Shown here: piece by piece, positions 8,305 to 17,054 of the stretch | How positions within the stretch are numbered: the first letter of the stretch is position 1 | Layout of the letters: the number at the start of each line of letters is the position of its first letter | Origin: Nostoc sp. PCC 7120 = FACHB-418 | GTDB lineage: Bacteria > Cyanobacteriota > Cyanobacteriia > Cyanobacteriales > Nostocaceae | Assembly (NCBI RefSeq): GCF_000009705.1 | Contig: NC_003272.1 | Location: forward strand, 1,260,001 to 1,292,000 | Length of the DNA: 32,000 bases | Direction of reading: 5' to 3' | Notes under the pieces: model-generated | The model's database searches: none | What the model was told of the DNA's origin: nothing | The model's input: only the letters and a program-made list of their open reading frames with translations | Position numbers and translations under genes: made by a program

Positions 8305-10140
8305 TTAGATTGTTTTATCCCAACCTAGAAAATTTCTGAGTAAATCATTAAACGACAAATCTAAGAAACCATTTTTAAATATGCCGTTTTCGTACCCTCC
8401 ATTTACTCCCCAAGGATTGTAAAGCCTAAATCTTTGTGTGGAAGAGCTATAACTTACTAAAACATAGGCATGACTAGATACAACATTAGTCGCAACCTGT
8501 GTTGAACTCCTAGAGGCAAAACAAATCATTTGTCCTTGATTAAATGCGGTAACTATGGCATTCATATCTAGACTGTCTAAATTATCATATTGCGTACTAC
8601 TGCCTGTAATGTCGGTTATGGCACGTCCAGCATAACCACTTACAATCGCTTGATAGGAGTTCCTTCGTTGACCACTAGCAGGGCCACGAGTCCACCCTGA
8701 TTCGTTAATTTGAGCGTAAGCTTTTTCTGCTAAAGCCACCCACAATTCAGTATTGGGGTTATCATGCCTTCCACCAATTTTTGCATAGGGTATGTTTCCA
8801 CCTGATACGTAATTACTATTAAGGTTATTCAGGGTAGCTAAAAATTTATCTACAGTCACAAAATCTGCAACTTTATTATTATAAAAACGAACAGTAAAAG
8901 TATTATCACCATTATCGATAAACATACTTTGGATAACATTAGGTGTTCGTAGTGCAGTATTAGCTAATCCAGCAAGAAAATAGCAATTACCAATCGCTCC
9001 TTGATCAACATCTTGATAACTAATTCCGTTTTGGAATAAAGCACCTCTGGCTTCCCGGTAAGTGAATTGAGTGGAAGTTAATTGTGGGCGATCGCTACCA
9101 AAAAACCATTTACCCAATAATTTTTCTAACTGGTCGGCACTACTCCCGGCAAACAAATTGCCAATACCAGAATTTATATTTGCCATATCGCCATTGGCAA
9201 CTTTATTAGACAAAATCCTCACATGGTCTTGTATTGTGAAACGAGGAGCATTAGTAATAATAAGTCTTAAGTCAGATAACTCGTTTACATCAACCACACC
9301 ATTATCTTTCGCATCTCTAAAGATAGTAACAATGTCATTACGGCTTAAATTACCATCTTGAGCTAAGTTTTTTACTAAAGTAAGCATTTGTCGATCTTTC
9401 AGATTTTGACTTAACCAATCTGCTGCAATTGTGAAAACCCGTTCAACAACTTGGCTGGTACTTCTGAATGTATCTAACGCAGTAGCTCGAAGAGTATAAT
9501 TACCACCAGCTAGATTTAATCCACTCAAGGATAAATTATGTGTGAAACTTCCCCAGCGACTATCATTAGTATTTATCGTGATGCGTGTCACGTCGTTAGA
9601 AATAGAATTAACTAATAGTCCATTTTGAAAAAGTTGAAAATCGATGACAGAAATATCTCTAGCACCATTAGCATCGAAAACTTGACCACGACTAATATTT
9701 AGGCTTCCTGTGTTAGTAATGGTGGGATTATCGATAGTAAATGCTAATGAGTTCGGTGCAGTATTAATTGAAAGACTGAGATTATAGTTTGTGCCATTAA
9801 CTGTAGAACCACTTCCTGGGAAAATCCGGATAAAATAATTTCCTGTATCTAAAGTAGTTCTGATTGAATCGCTAGCTATTCCCAATAAATTGGAACTACC
9901 TATAATTTCGCTAATACCATCAATAATCCTATTTGAATTTTTATCTTGAATTAATTGTATGTCTGCATTTGTGGTTAAACCACCCAGAGTCAGGTTTAAA
10001 CTACTACGACTATTCAGACTGAAACTATAAAAATCATTTACATCTCTGGAACCTATGAAATCTGTAAATGTCTGTGTTGTGGTTGTCAGGTTAACTCGTC
10101 TTGCACTACCTAGCGTATTCCCCGCATGATCAAAAATCAT
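8305..10140 (-). CDS. calpain-type (peptidase C2) cysteine protease with an N-terminal PPC-like beta domain and middle beta-sandwich/helical regions
   Basis: 611 aa. Calpain core motifs are QGAIGNCYFLAGLANTAL (catalytic Cys), ELWVALAEKAYAQINE, SYQAIVSGYAGRAITDITG, SSHAYVLVSY (His) and RLYNPWG (Asn). The N-terminus DVNDFYSFSLNSRSSLNLTLGGLTTNADIQLIQD...GNYFIRIF...YNLSLSI resembles a pre-peptidase C-terminal (PPC) domain. AGGAA lies 5 nt upstream of the ATG. Confidence 0.85.
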   Translation of the reverse strand: MIFDHAGNTLGSARRVNLTTTTQTFTDFIGSRDVNDFYSFSLNSRSSLNLTLGGLTTNADIQLIQDKNSNRIIDGISEIIGSSNLLGIASDSIRTTLDTGNYFIRIFPGSGSTVNGTNYNLSLSINTAPNSLAFTIDNPTITNTGSLNISRGQVFDANGARDISVIDFQLFQNGLLVNSISNDVTRITINTNDSRWGSFTHNLSLSGLNLAGGNYTLRATALDTFRSTSQVVERVFTIAADWLSQNLKDRQMLTLVKNLAQDGNLSRNDIVTIFRDAKDNGVVDVNELSDLRLIITNAPRFTIQDHVRILSNKVANGDMANINSGIGNLFAGSSADQLEKLLGKWFFGSDRPQLTSTQFTYREARGALFQNGISYQDVDQGAIGNCYFLAGLANTALRTPNVIQSMFIDNGDNTFTVRFYNNKVADFVTVDKFLATLNNLNSNYVSGGNIPYAKIGGRHDNPNTELWVALAEKAYAQINESGWTRGPASGQRRNSYQAIVSGYAGRAITDITGSSTQYDNLDSLDMNAIVTAFNQGQMICFASRSSTQVATNVVSSHAYVLVSYSSSTQRFRLYNPWGVNGGYENGIFKNGFLDLSFNDLLRNFLGWDKTI

Positions 10141-10717
10141 TTCTGTTCCTATTTAGTTAATATTGCAAAAAGTTAGCAATCCCAATAAAAAATGACTTCT
10201 TTTGGTGCTTATACCCAATATTCATGTATTTTCAGGAAAAACTTCTACCGTAGAGTTGCCTAATTATTTTTTAAAATGCAAGTAAATTTGCAAGCTTTTT
10301 TTATGAAGAGATTAACTTTACTTAGTTGCTTGTTAATGAGTGAAATTAAATTCAAATCGCTTGCGTAGTGAGCTTTATGTTGCATTCATCTTTAAATCTG
10401 CTTTTATTCCTTGAACCAAGATTTGCAAAAAGTAGTGGAAAAAACTTATCGATTAAGATTAAAGTCTCACCCAATCATAAATTCTGTACTAATAGCTAAA
10501 GTAAGTTTTAGCTAACTAGGCAATCTTTTAAGCCATGTAAATAGACTTAAAGTTGAAGCTAGAAATTTATTTTCCGATTTTTAACCAAGCGGTATTGGAC
10601 GTAAGAAGAGAAATATTCATAGTCTTGTTGTGGTAATTGCCGATGGGGTTCTGGTTGGAAAATGACTAATCCAGGGTCTAACATAAAGAAGTGTAAATTA
10701 AGCGATCGCCTACAGGG

Positions 10718-11485
10718 ATGGATTGGAAAGAAATTAGAGGTAACTGGGTGCTTGTTCCCCGTAATCCAGTCGGGATCATTCATTTCTTGGGAGGTGCGTT
10801 TGTTGCCACAGCACCCCATCTGACATATCGTTGGCTACTGGAACAGTTGGGTAATAAAGGGTATGTAGTGATTGCCACGCCCTTTGTGAATACATTGGAT
10901 CATATTGCGATCGCCAACTCTGTGCTATTGAACTTTGAACGCACGATAGAAAGATTGCATGATTCTGGGGCATTACGCAAGCTCTACTTACCTACCTACG
11001 GAATCGGACATAGTATGGGGTGTAAACTCCATCTACTCATTGGCAGTCTTTTTCCTGTGGAACGAGCAGGCAATATTTTAATCTCTTTCAACAACTATGC
11101 TGCTAAGGATGCTATACCCTTAGTGGAACAGTTCAACACTACTTTGGCGATTGAATTTACTCCCTCGCCTTTGGAAACAAACAAACTCGTACAGGAAAGT
11201 TATAATGTCCGGCGCAACTTATTAATCAAATTTAATAACGATAACCTGGATCAATCAGCAGCTTTAACCAAAATCTTACAAGTCCGCTTTCCAGAAATGG
11301 TGACAGCCCAGACTTTACCAGGAACGCACACCACACCCTTAGGTCAAGATGTCAAATGGCAAACAGGATCATCATTCACCCCCTTTGATGCGTTAGGGCA
11401 GTGGTTCAAACAAGAAGTCTATCGTGACTTAAATCAGCTAAACCGTGCCATGCTCTTGTGGTTAAATCCTCTTTCGCCACCGTGA
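10718..11485 (+). CDS. DUF1350-like protein conserved in cyanobacteria and plants (alpha/beta-hydrolase-like)
   Basis: 255 aa. WVLVPRNPVGIIHFLGGAFVATAPHLTYRWLLEQLGNKGYVVIATPF and GIGHSMGCKLH fit my recollection of the DUF1350 family. Confidence 0.55.
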   Translation: MDWKEIRGNWVLVPRNPVGIIHFLGGAFVATAPHLTYRWLLEQLGNKGYVVIATPFVNTLDHIAIANSVLLNFERTIERLHDSGALRKLYLPTYGIGHSMGCKLHLLIGSLFPVERAGNILISFNNYAAKDAIPLVEQFNTTLAIEFTPSPLETNKLVQESYNVRRNLLIKFNNDNLDQSAALTKILQVRFPEMVTAQTLPGTHTTPLGQDVKWQTGSSFTPFDALGQWFKQEVYRDLNQLNRAMLLWLNPLSPP

Positions 11486-11513
11486 AAAGAGGAGCAGGGG
11501 GAGTAAAGAAGAA

Positions 11514-11562
11514 TAACTAATGACTAATGACCAATAACCAATGACCAATGACTATTGACTAT
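11514..11562. repeat. tandem heptamer array of TGACCAA/TGACTAA type (STRR-like)
   Basis: Reads TAACTAA TGACTAA TGACCAA TAACCAA TGACCAA TGACTAT TGACTAT. It runs straight into the start codon of the next gene. Confidence 0.8.
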
Positions 11563-12697
11563 GTTTCAAATTTTGATAATTGATGATGATCTATCAATTC
11601 AAATATTATTAAAAAGAATTTTACAAAAACAGGGTTATCAAATAGTTACTGCGAGTAATGGTGAAGAAGGAATTACTCAAGCATTAACTAGTCGCCCAGC
11701 GCTAATTATTTGTGATTGGATTATGCCTGGCTTAAATGGTCTGGAGGTTTGCCATCGCATCAAGACAGATCCGAATCTATCCACTACATTTTTTATCTTG
11801 CTCACCTCTTTGGATTCTGTGGCCGATCGCGTTAAAGGTTTAGATGCAGGTGCTGATGATTTTATCACCAAGCCGATTGAGCAAAATGAGATGCAAGCAA
11901 GGGTTAGAGCCGGATTGCGACTGCATCAATTAAGTCGAGATTTGCGGACTCAAAAGCTGCTATTAGAAGAAGAATTGGCAGAGGCCGCCGAATATGTGCG
12001 ATCGCTTCTACCAGAACCCTTAGATGAACCCATCAGTATCAATTCTCGATTCATCCCCTCTCGGCAACTCGGTGGTGATTGTTTTGACTATTACTGGCTG
12101 GATGACGATTGCTTGGCACTATATCTACTAGATACAGCCGGACACGGATTAAAAGCTGCTCTCCCCTCAATTTCTGTTCTCAATTTACTGCGTTCCCGCG
12201 CCCTGAAAAATCTCAATTATTATCAACCCAGTGATGTATTGAAAAGTCTGAATGAAACCTTCCAGATGAATTATCAAAATGATAAATACTTCACTATCTG
12301 GTATGGTGTTTATCACCGCATCAAACGACAACTAATTTATGCTAGCGCTGGTCATCCACCTGCAATTTTGATATCTGGAACATCCCCAGGTAGTACGGAA
12401 GTGCAAATTTTAAGAACCCCAGGAATGCCAGTTGGTATGTTTCCAGAAGCACAATATGTTGATGCGTATTGCGATGTCGAAAAATTGAGCAGTTTGTATA
12501 TCTTCAGTGATGGCGCTTACGAAATTACTAAATCAGATGGCAAACTTTGGAGTTTAGATGCTTTCATTCAGATACTCGCTAGCGTACATCATAATGAAGA
12601 TTATCAACTTGATCAGGTCTTAAATTGCCTTACCGCCTTGAACTCCAAAGATATATTTGAAGATGATTTATCAATCCTACTAGTTAAGTTTGACTAA
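11561..12697 (+). CDS. response-regulator receiver fused to a PP2C/SpoIIE serine phosphatase (RsbU-like)
   Basis: Receiver motifs are ILIIDDD, IICDWIMPGLNGLEV and ITKPI. PP2C motifs are GGDCFDYYWL, LLDTAGHGLKAAL, ASAGHPP and SDGAYE. I prefer the ATG at 11561 over the track's TTG at 11555, which lies inside the heptamer array. Confidence 0.85.
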   Translation: MFQILIIDDDLSIQILLKRILQKQGYQIVTASNGEEGITQALTSRPALIICDWIMPGLNGLEVCHRIKTDPNLSTTFFILLTSLDSVADRVKGLDAGADDFITKPIEQNEMQARVRAGLRLHQLSRDLRTQKLLLEEELAEAAEYVRSLLPEPLDEPISINSRFIPSRQLGGDCFDYYWLDDDCLALYLLDTAGHGLKAALPSISVLNLLRSRALKNLNYYQPSDVLKSLNETFQMNYQNDKYFTIWYGVYHRIKRQLIYASAGHPPAILISGTSPGSTEVQILRTPGMPVGMFPEAQYVDAYCDVEKLSSLYIFSDGAYEITKSDGKLWSLDAFIQILASVHHNEDYQLDQVLNCLTALNSKDIFEDDLSILLVKFD

Positions 12698-13020
12698 CTA
12701 TTCGCTAGTATAATTTGATTAAATTCATCTTGATTATTAAATATTTCAAATACCTTATCCATACCAGTTAATTCAAATAATATTCTCACCTGTTCATTAA
12801 TCGAACAGAGGAATAATTTTGTCCCGGCTGCTCTCAATGTTTTAAAAGCTAATACTAAAGCTCCCAAGGCGGAACTATCCATAAAAATCACATCCTGACA
12901 ATCAACTAAAACAATTTTTGTGCCGCTATTCAGGAGATGGGTAATCTCTTCTCGCAGTTCCTGTGAATTTGCCGTATTGATAATTCCACTGAGTTTAATA
13001 ACTTGTACTTGCTGATTCAT
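12694..13020 (-). CDS. STAS-domain anti-sigma-factor antagonist (SpoIIAA/RsbV-like)
   Basis: MNQQVQVIKLSGIINTANSQELREEI...VLVDCQDVIFMDSSALGALV...GTKLFLCSINEQVRILFELTGMDKVF is a typical STAS fold with the DSS serine. I chose the internal ATG at 13020, because the track's 23-codon N-terminal extension has no family resemblance. Confidence 0.8.
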   Translation of the reverse strand: MNQQVQVIKLSGIINTANSQELREEITHLLNSGTKIVLVDCQDVIFMDSSALGALVLAFKTLRAAGTKLFLCSINEQVRILFELTGMDKVFEIFNNQDEFNQIILANS

Positions 13021-13680
13021 AGTGTTCTTAACCAATTTACTGTAAGAGGATGTACTAAATTTGCCAATATTATATAGCAACACACACAATTTTAGTGAAA
13101 CATATGCGCCTCAAGAGGCTTACTTATTGCTTATAGACTCCATTTGTAACTACAATACAAGTCAATTTTACCTCAATCAATAAATGTAGATTTTGAATTT
13201 ATCTTCATATAATTATGAACCTGATTTAGGAAATAAGATTGAGGTAAGAGATATGAAGATAGCCTAATTCCTCAATATTATTTTGTATATCTTGTACCCA
13301 AAAGACTAATTTTTTCGTAAATTTATCAAACAATATTCTCACGCAATATACATTATAGAAATTAGCTAATCAATTTGGCAAAATTGTAATTTAAGCTGCA
13401 ATTTAACTTAACCCTCAATGCAATAAAGACAGTTATGCCAGCAGAAACTATCAAACGGGCTATTAGCCAGCCCTCGTCATAGCCCATAGCTCCGTTTTTC
13501 TTTTCTTATCTTGGATGTTGTCTAGTAAGTAGAACAACTTGAAAAAATAAACTATGTTAAGTAATGTAAAAACGCTAGGATTCGTTTCATAGTAAGGACT
13601 TTAGTCCTTTTTTGTTCGCGGAGCATATCGTAGTCAGACGCTGCGCGTAATACCAATTCACAAAATATTTGAGACAGATT

Positions 13681-13777
13681 TAGGTTGGGTTGAGGAACGT
13701 AGGCGCAGCCTTCTCATAGAGTAACCCAACACCAAAACCTCGATTTTGTTGGGTTTCACTGCGTTCTACCCAACCTT
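13681..13777. repeat. nested-palindrome interspersed element (MITE/small dispersed repeat-like)
   Basis: AGGTTGGGT (13682-13690) pairs with ACCCAACCT (13768-13776). Inner AACCCAAC and GTTGGGTT arms lie within. This resembles the GTTGGGTT.../...ACCCAACCT repeats common in Nostoc-type genomes. No copy-number evidence is available in this window. Confidence 0.4.
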
Positions 13778-13902
13778 GTATATTGAGGGAAATGGTATAA
13801 ACCTTGGCGTGAGATCATTTAAACACTTGCTTAAACACAAGGGTACACAACAATACTTTAATTATTTACCCTGTTCTACTTAGTCGATGAATCTTATTTC
13901 CT

Positions 13903-15309
13903 TTAAATAGGTATTTCTATTTCAAATTTTGTGCCTTGTCCTGGAGTAGAAATACAGTTTAATTTTCCGCGATGCTGCTCAACTACAATTTGATAGGTGA
14001 TAGAAAGTCCTAAACCAGTACCAGAGCCAACGGGTTTGGTAGTGAAAAAAGGATCAAAAATATGGGATATTGATATTTCATCTATACCAATTCCATTATC
14101 ACTAATAGAAATTTTGACTGTATTTTCTGGCAGAATTACTTCTGTTTTAATTTCAATTATTGGCTGAGTAATTGTATTAGAGGCAGACCGTAAAGCATCA
14201 ATCGCATTATTGAAAATGTTCATAAATACCTGATTGATCTGGCTGGCATGGCAATTGACTTTAGGAAGTGGCTGGTATTCTTTAACTACTTGGATCTGTG
14301 GTAAAAGCTCATTAGCTTGCAATCGATGTTGCAGTATTAGCAAAGTACTTTCTATCCCTTCATGCAGGTCTATCAATTTCTTGCTGGATTCATCAAGGCG
14401 AGAAAAATTACGTAAACTCAGGACAATATCTCGAATGCGATCGCTTCCCGTTTCCATAGACTTAAGCATTTTAGCAGCATCTTTGCGTAAAAATTCTATG
14501 TCGGATTCTTTAATTTTTTGTTGCAGGGGTATAGAAGGATTAGGATATTCTAATTGATATGCTGCAATCAGTTCTAAAAGAATATTTATAAATTCTTTAG
14601 TATGGGTAATATTGCTATAAATGAACCCAATGGGATTATTGATCTCATGAGCAACACCTGCGACAAGATGTCCCAAACTAGACATTCTTTCTGCTTGAAT
14701 CAGTTGTATTTGGGTTTTATGCAGCTCTTTGAGAGTTTGTTCTAAGTGAATATTTTGCTGTTTAAGTGCTTTTTCTGCCAATTGGCGCTCAATTTCTGCT
14801 GCGGAGCGAGCAGCAAATATTTTTAAAATAGCTTCTTGTTCTTCGTAACTACGTTCTAATGCTTTAGTATGTAAGCCAGCAATATGTCCAAGAGGCTTAC
14901 CATGAGGATCTAAAATTGGCACGCCTAGATAGCTTTCCACATCCAAATTAACTAAATCTAGGTCATCAGGAAACTTTTTCTGGATACAATTAGGGTAAAT
15001 CTGAAGACCTTCTTGATAAAGAACGCCGCAGGGAGTTCCAGCCAGATCGTATTCAAAATTGGGGCCAAATTCCTCTCCTTTCCAAAATGCCAAAACTCTA
15101 GCTCGTGGCTGGTCATCATCAATAAACTCTGCAATCAAAGCATACTGAATTTGGAGTACCTCAGCCAAGTAATGAGCGCAAGCTTGGAAGAAGGCTTCAC
15201 CAACCTGAGATGCAATCCCTTCTACAATCAGTTTTAGGTTAATGTTTTCTTGCTGGAGTGGTTGATTTGGTAACGAGATCGCCGTTTGCTTTGAAATTGG
15301 AGTTAGCAT
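13903..15309 (-). CDS. sensor histidine kinase with N-terminal GAF domain (soluble)
   Basis: 468 aa. Motifs are H-box SSLGHLVAGVAHEINNPIG, N-box FNNAIDAL, G1 DNGIGI and G2 GSGTGLGLSI. There are no hydrophobic TM segments. Confidence 0.9.
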   Translation of the reverse strand: MLTPISKQTAISLPNQPLQQENINLKLIVEGIASQVGEAFFQACAHYLAEVLQIQYALIAEFIDDDQPRARVLAFWKGEEFGPNFEYDLAGTPCGVLYQEGLQIYPNCIQKKFPDDLDLVNLDVESYLGVPILDPHGKPLGHIAGLHTKALERSYEEQEAILKIFAARSAAEIERQLAEKALKQQNIHLEQTLKELHKTQIQLIQAERMSSLGHLVAGVAHEINNPIGFIYSNITHTKEFINILLELIAAYQLEYPNPSIPLQQKIKESDIEFLRKDAAKMLKSMETGSDRIRDIVLSLRNFSRLDESSKKLIDLHEGIESTLLILQHRLQANELLPQIQVVKEYQPLPKVNCHASQINQVFMNIFNNAIDALRSASNTITQPIIEIKTEVILPENTVKISISDNGIGIDEISISHIFDPFFTTKPVGSGTGLGLSITYQIVVEQHRGKLNCISTPGQGTKFEIEIPI

Positions 15310-15568
15310 GACAATAGGTTGAATATTGAGTAAGTATTAAGACACGTCGTTCCTCTCATTCTTCCCAAGTACAAGGGATAAACTCTATTACCAAAGAACA
15401 ATTTAAGCAAGGTTCATACAAGATTAATACAAACTAATTGATTGTAAATTGATATCATCTATTAGCTTATTACCACCATAATAGCCGTCTAGTTAAAACA
15501 AATAATCGTATATAAGCGATAGTTACAATCGCCTAAATATAGTGATTCAGTTTGATAAATGAATATGG

Positions 15569-16924
15569 CTACAAAGTATAAGTAAAATCATTGACCAGCA
15601 TCCCAGGAACCAGACTACCTCCTAGTTGACGACTCTCATAGGTTCCTACTTCGGGAATGAATTCTTGAAAGTTGGTAAAATCTATTAAATTGTCTCCCCA
15701 AAAGCGATAGAGACTTTCATCAAAGCGTAAGTTTTCAATGGGGGCGATAATTTCACCGTTTTCTATCCAAAAACAGGCGTAACGGGTCATACCTGTAATT
15801 CTACCTGTGGGGCGATCGCTCCAGTTTAAGTAATGCAAATTTGATACATATAAGCCTGTATCTAAACTGGGTAAAATTTGCTCATAGGTTAAATTCCCTG
15901 TAATCACCTCTGGCGCGCGCAAAGTTTCCGAACTGTTCGCACCATTGGCAATTTTTTGATATTCTTTAGCAGTCCGCGAATTAACTAAGGTATTTACTAA
16001 AATTCCTTTGTCAATTATTGATAATTCTGGTGCAGCCATTTCCCCCAGTTGATTAAATCGCGGTACTAAACCCAGTTGGAAGTTTTCTCTCAAACTAAAT
16101 TTAGGGGAAAGTTGTTTATCTTGGCGTGAGAGAATAGCTAATGCACTATTGCCTTGTTGGAGGTCTGCTTCACTGACTGCACCCCAAGAAAGCATACCCA
16201 ATAAATCAGCAACAGCAGCCGGGGCAAAATAAGTTTTGTATTGTCCTTTTGGTACTTCTTTAGCTGGATTTGATAGCAGTTTTAATTGCTGTTTCCCTTC
16301 GCTAATTTTGACGGAATAAGCTTCTTGATCCCAACTACTCCCAGCAAATGTGCCTTTAACAGCTTGCCCAGAACTGATAAATAAAGAATAATCTAACGTG
16401 AAAGAGTCAGTGGCGAACCAATGTTTTTGTCCACGAGAATCGCCATAAGCTCTGATAACTAAACCCCCAGCATAGATACCAGTAAAATCTAACTCCCTAA
16501 CTTGTTCTAATACATTCGTTACCACTGCCTCTGCTGGCAATATATTACCTATATGGGTTTCCCGACTGGTATTGTTTCCTGATGGTAAAACTAGATAGGG
16601 ATCAACTGGTAATAAAGGCAATTCATCCCGTAGTTCTTGTAAAGCTTGATATGCTGATTGCCAGTCTTTTTCCCAATTTCCAGTAAAAGGAAACTGACGA
16701 AAACTGCTGCGTTGGTCTGTCATCAGAGTTAATTCAATCCAACCATCAGCTACAAAACCAGTTTGGCAAACTTTGGCTTTATTAAAACGAGTAAATTGAC
16801 TACGTTCACTGCTAAGTTTCACAGTGAATTGTTCGTTTTCTAATTTTTTAACTAAGAGAGTTTCTAATAGTTGATTAAAACTAAATTCTAAAGTAGATAC
16901 TTCCTCAATTTTCATGGATGTCAA
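15569..16924 (-). CDS. pmbA: TldE/PmbA-family metalloprotease subunit
   Basis: 451 aa with PmbA/TldD-fold length and a C-terminal GG..VP pattern. It lies directly downstream of tldD on the same strand and lacks an HExxxH motif, as expected for PmbA. Confidence 0.8.
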   Translation of the reverse strand: MTSMKIEEVSTLEFSFNQLLETLLVKKLENEQFTVKLSSERSQFTRFNKAKVCQTGFVADGWIELTLMTDQRSSFRQFPFTGNWEKDWQSAYQALQELRDELPLLPVDPYLVLPSGNNTSRETHIGNILPAEAVVTNVLEQVRELDFTGIYAGGLVIRAYGDSRGQKHWFATDSFTLDYSLFISSGQAVKGTFAGSSWDQEAYSVKISEGKQQLKLLSNPAKEVPKGQYKTYFAPAAVADLLGMLSWGAVSEADLQQGNSALAILSRQDKQLSPKFSLRENFQLGLVPRFNQLGEMAAPELSIIDKGILVNTLVNSRTAKEYQKIANGANSSETLRAPEVITGNLTYEQILPSLDTGLYVSNLHYLNWSDRPTGRITGMTRYACFWIENGEIIAPIENLRFDESLYRFWGDNLIDFTNFQEFIPEVGTYESRQLGGSLVPGMLVNDFTYTL

Positions 16925-17026
16925 AAAGGAATAGAGGGCAACATGAAAGTTTGAATTTTGTAGCTTTAGCTTCCCTGCGGAACGCTACCGCATTCGCTAA
17001 AGGCGTTCTCGCAGAGTACCCGTAGG

Positions 17027-17053
17027 GAATTTTGAATTTTGAATTTTGAATTG
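17027..17053. repeat. tandem heptamer array (GAATTTT)x3 plus GAATTG
   Basis: Read directly. It abuts the tldD stop codon (17055-17057). A single further copy lies near 16949-16958. Confidence 0.8.
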
Positions 17054-17054
17054 A

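Noticed and set aside
9100-9420. EF-hand calcium-binding loops in the linker of the calpain-like protein (DGNLSRNDIVTI, DAKDNGVVDVNE).
   Set aside because: Key liganding positions deviate from the canonical loop: position 3 in the second motif and position 12 in the first. The match is too weak to call without a profile search.
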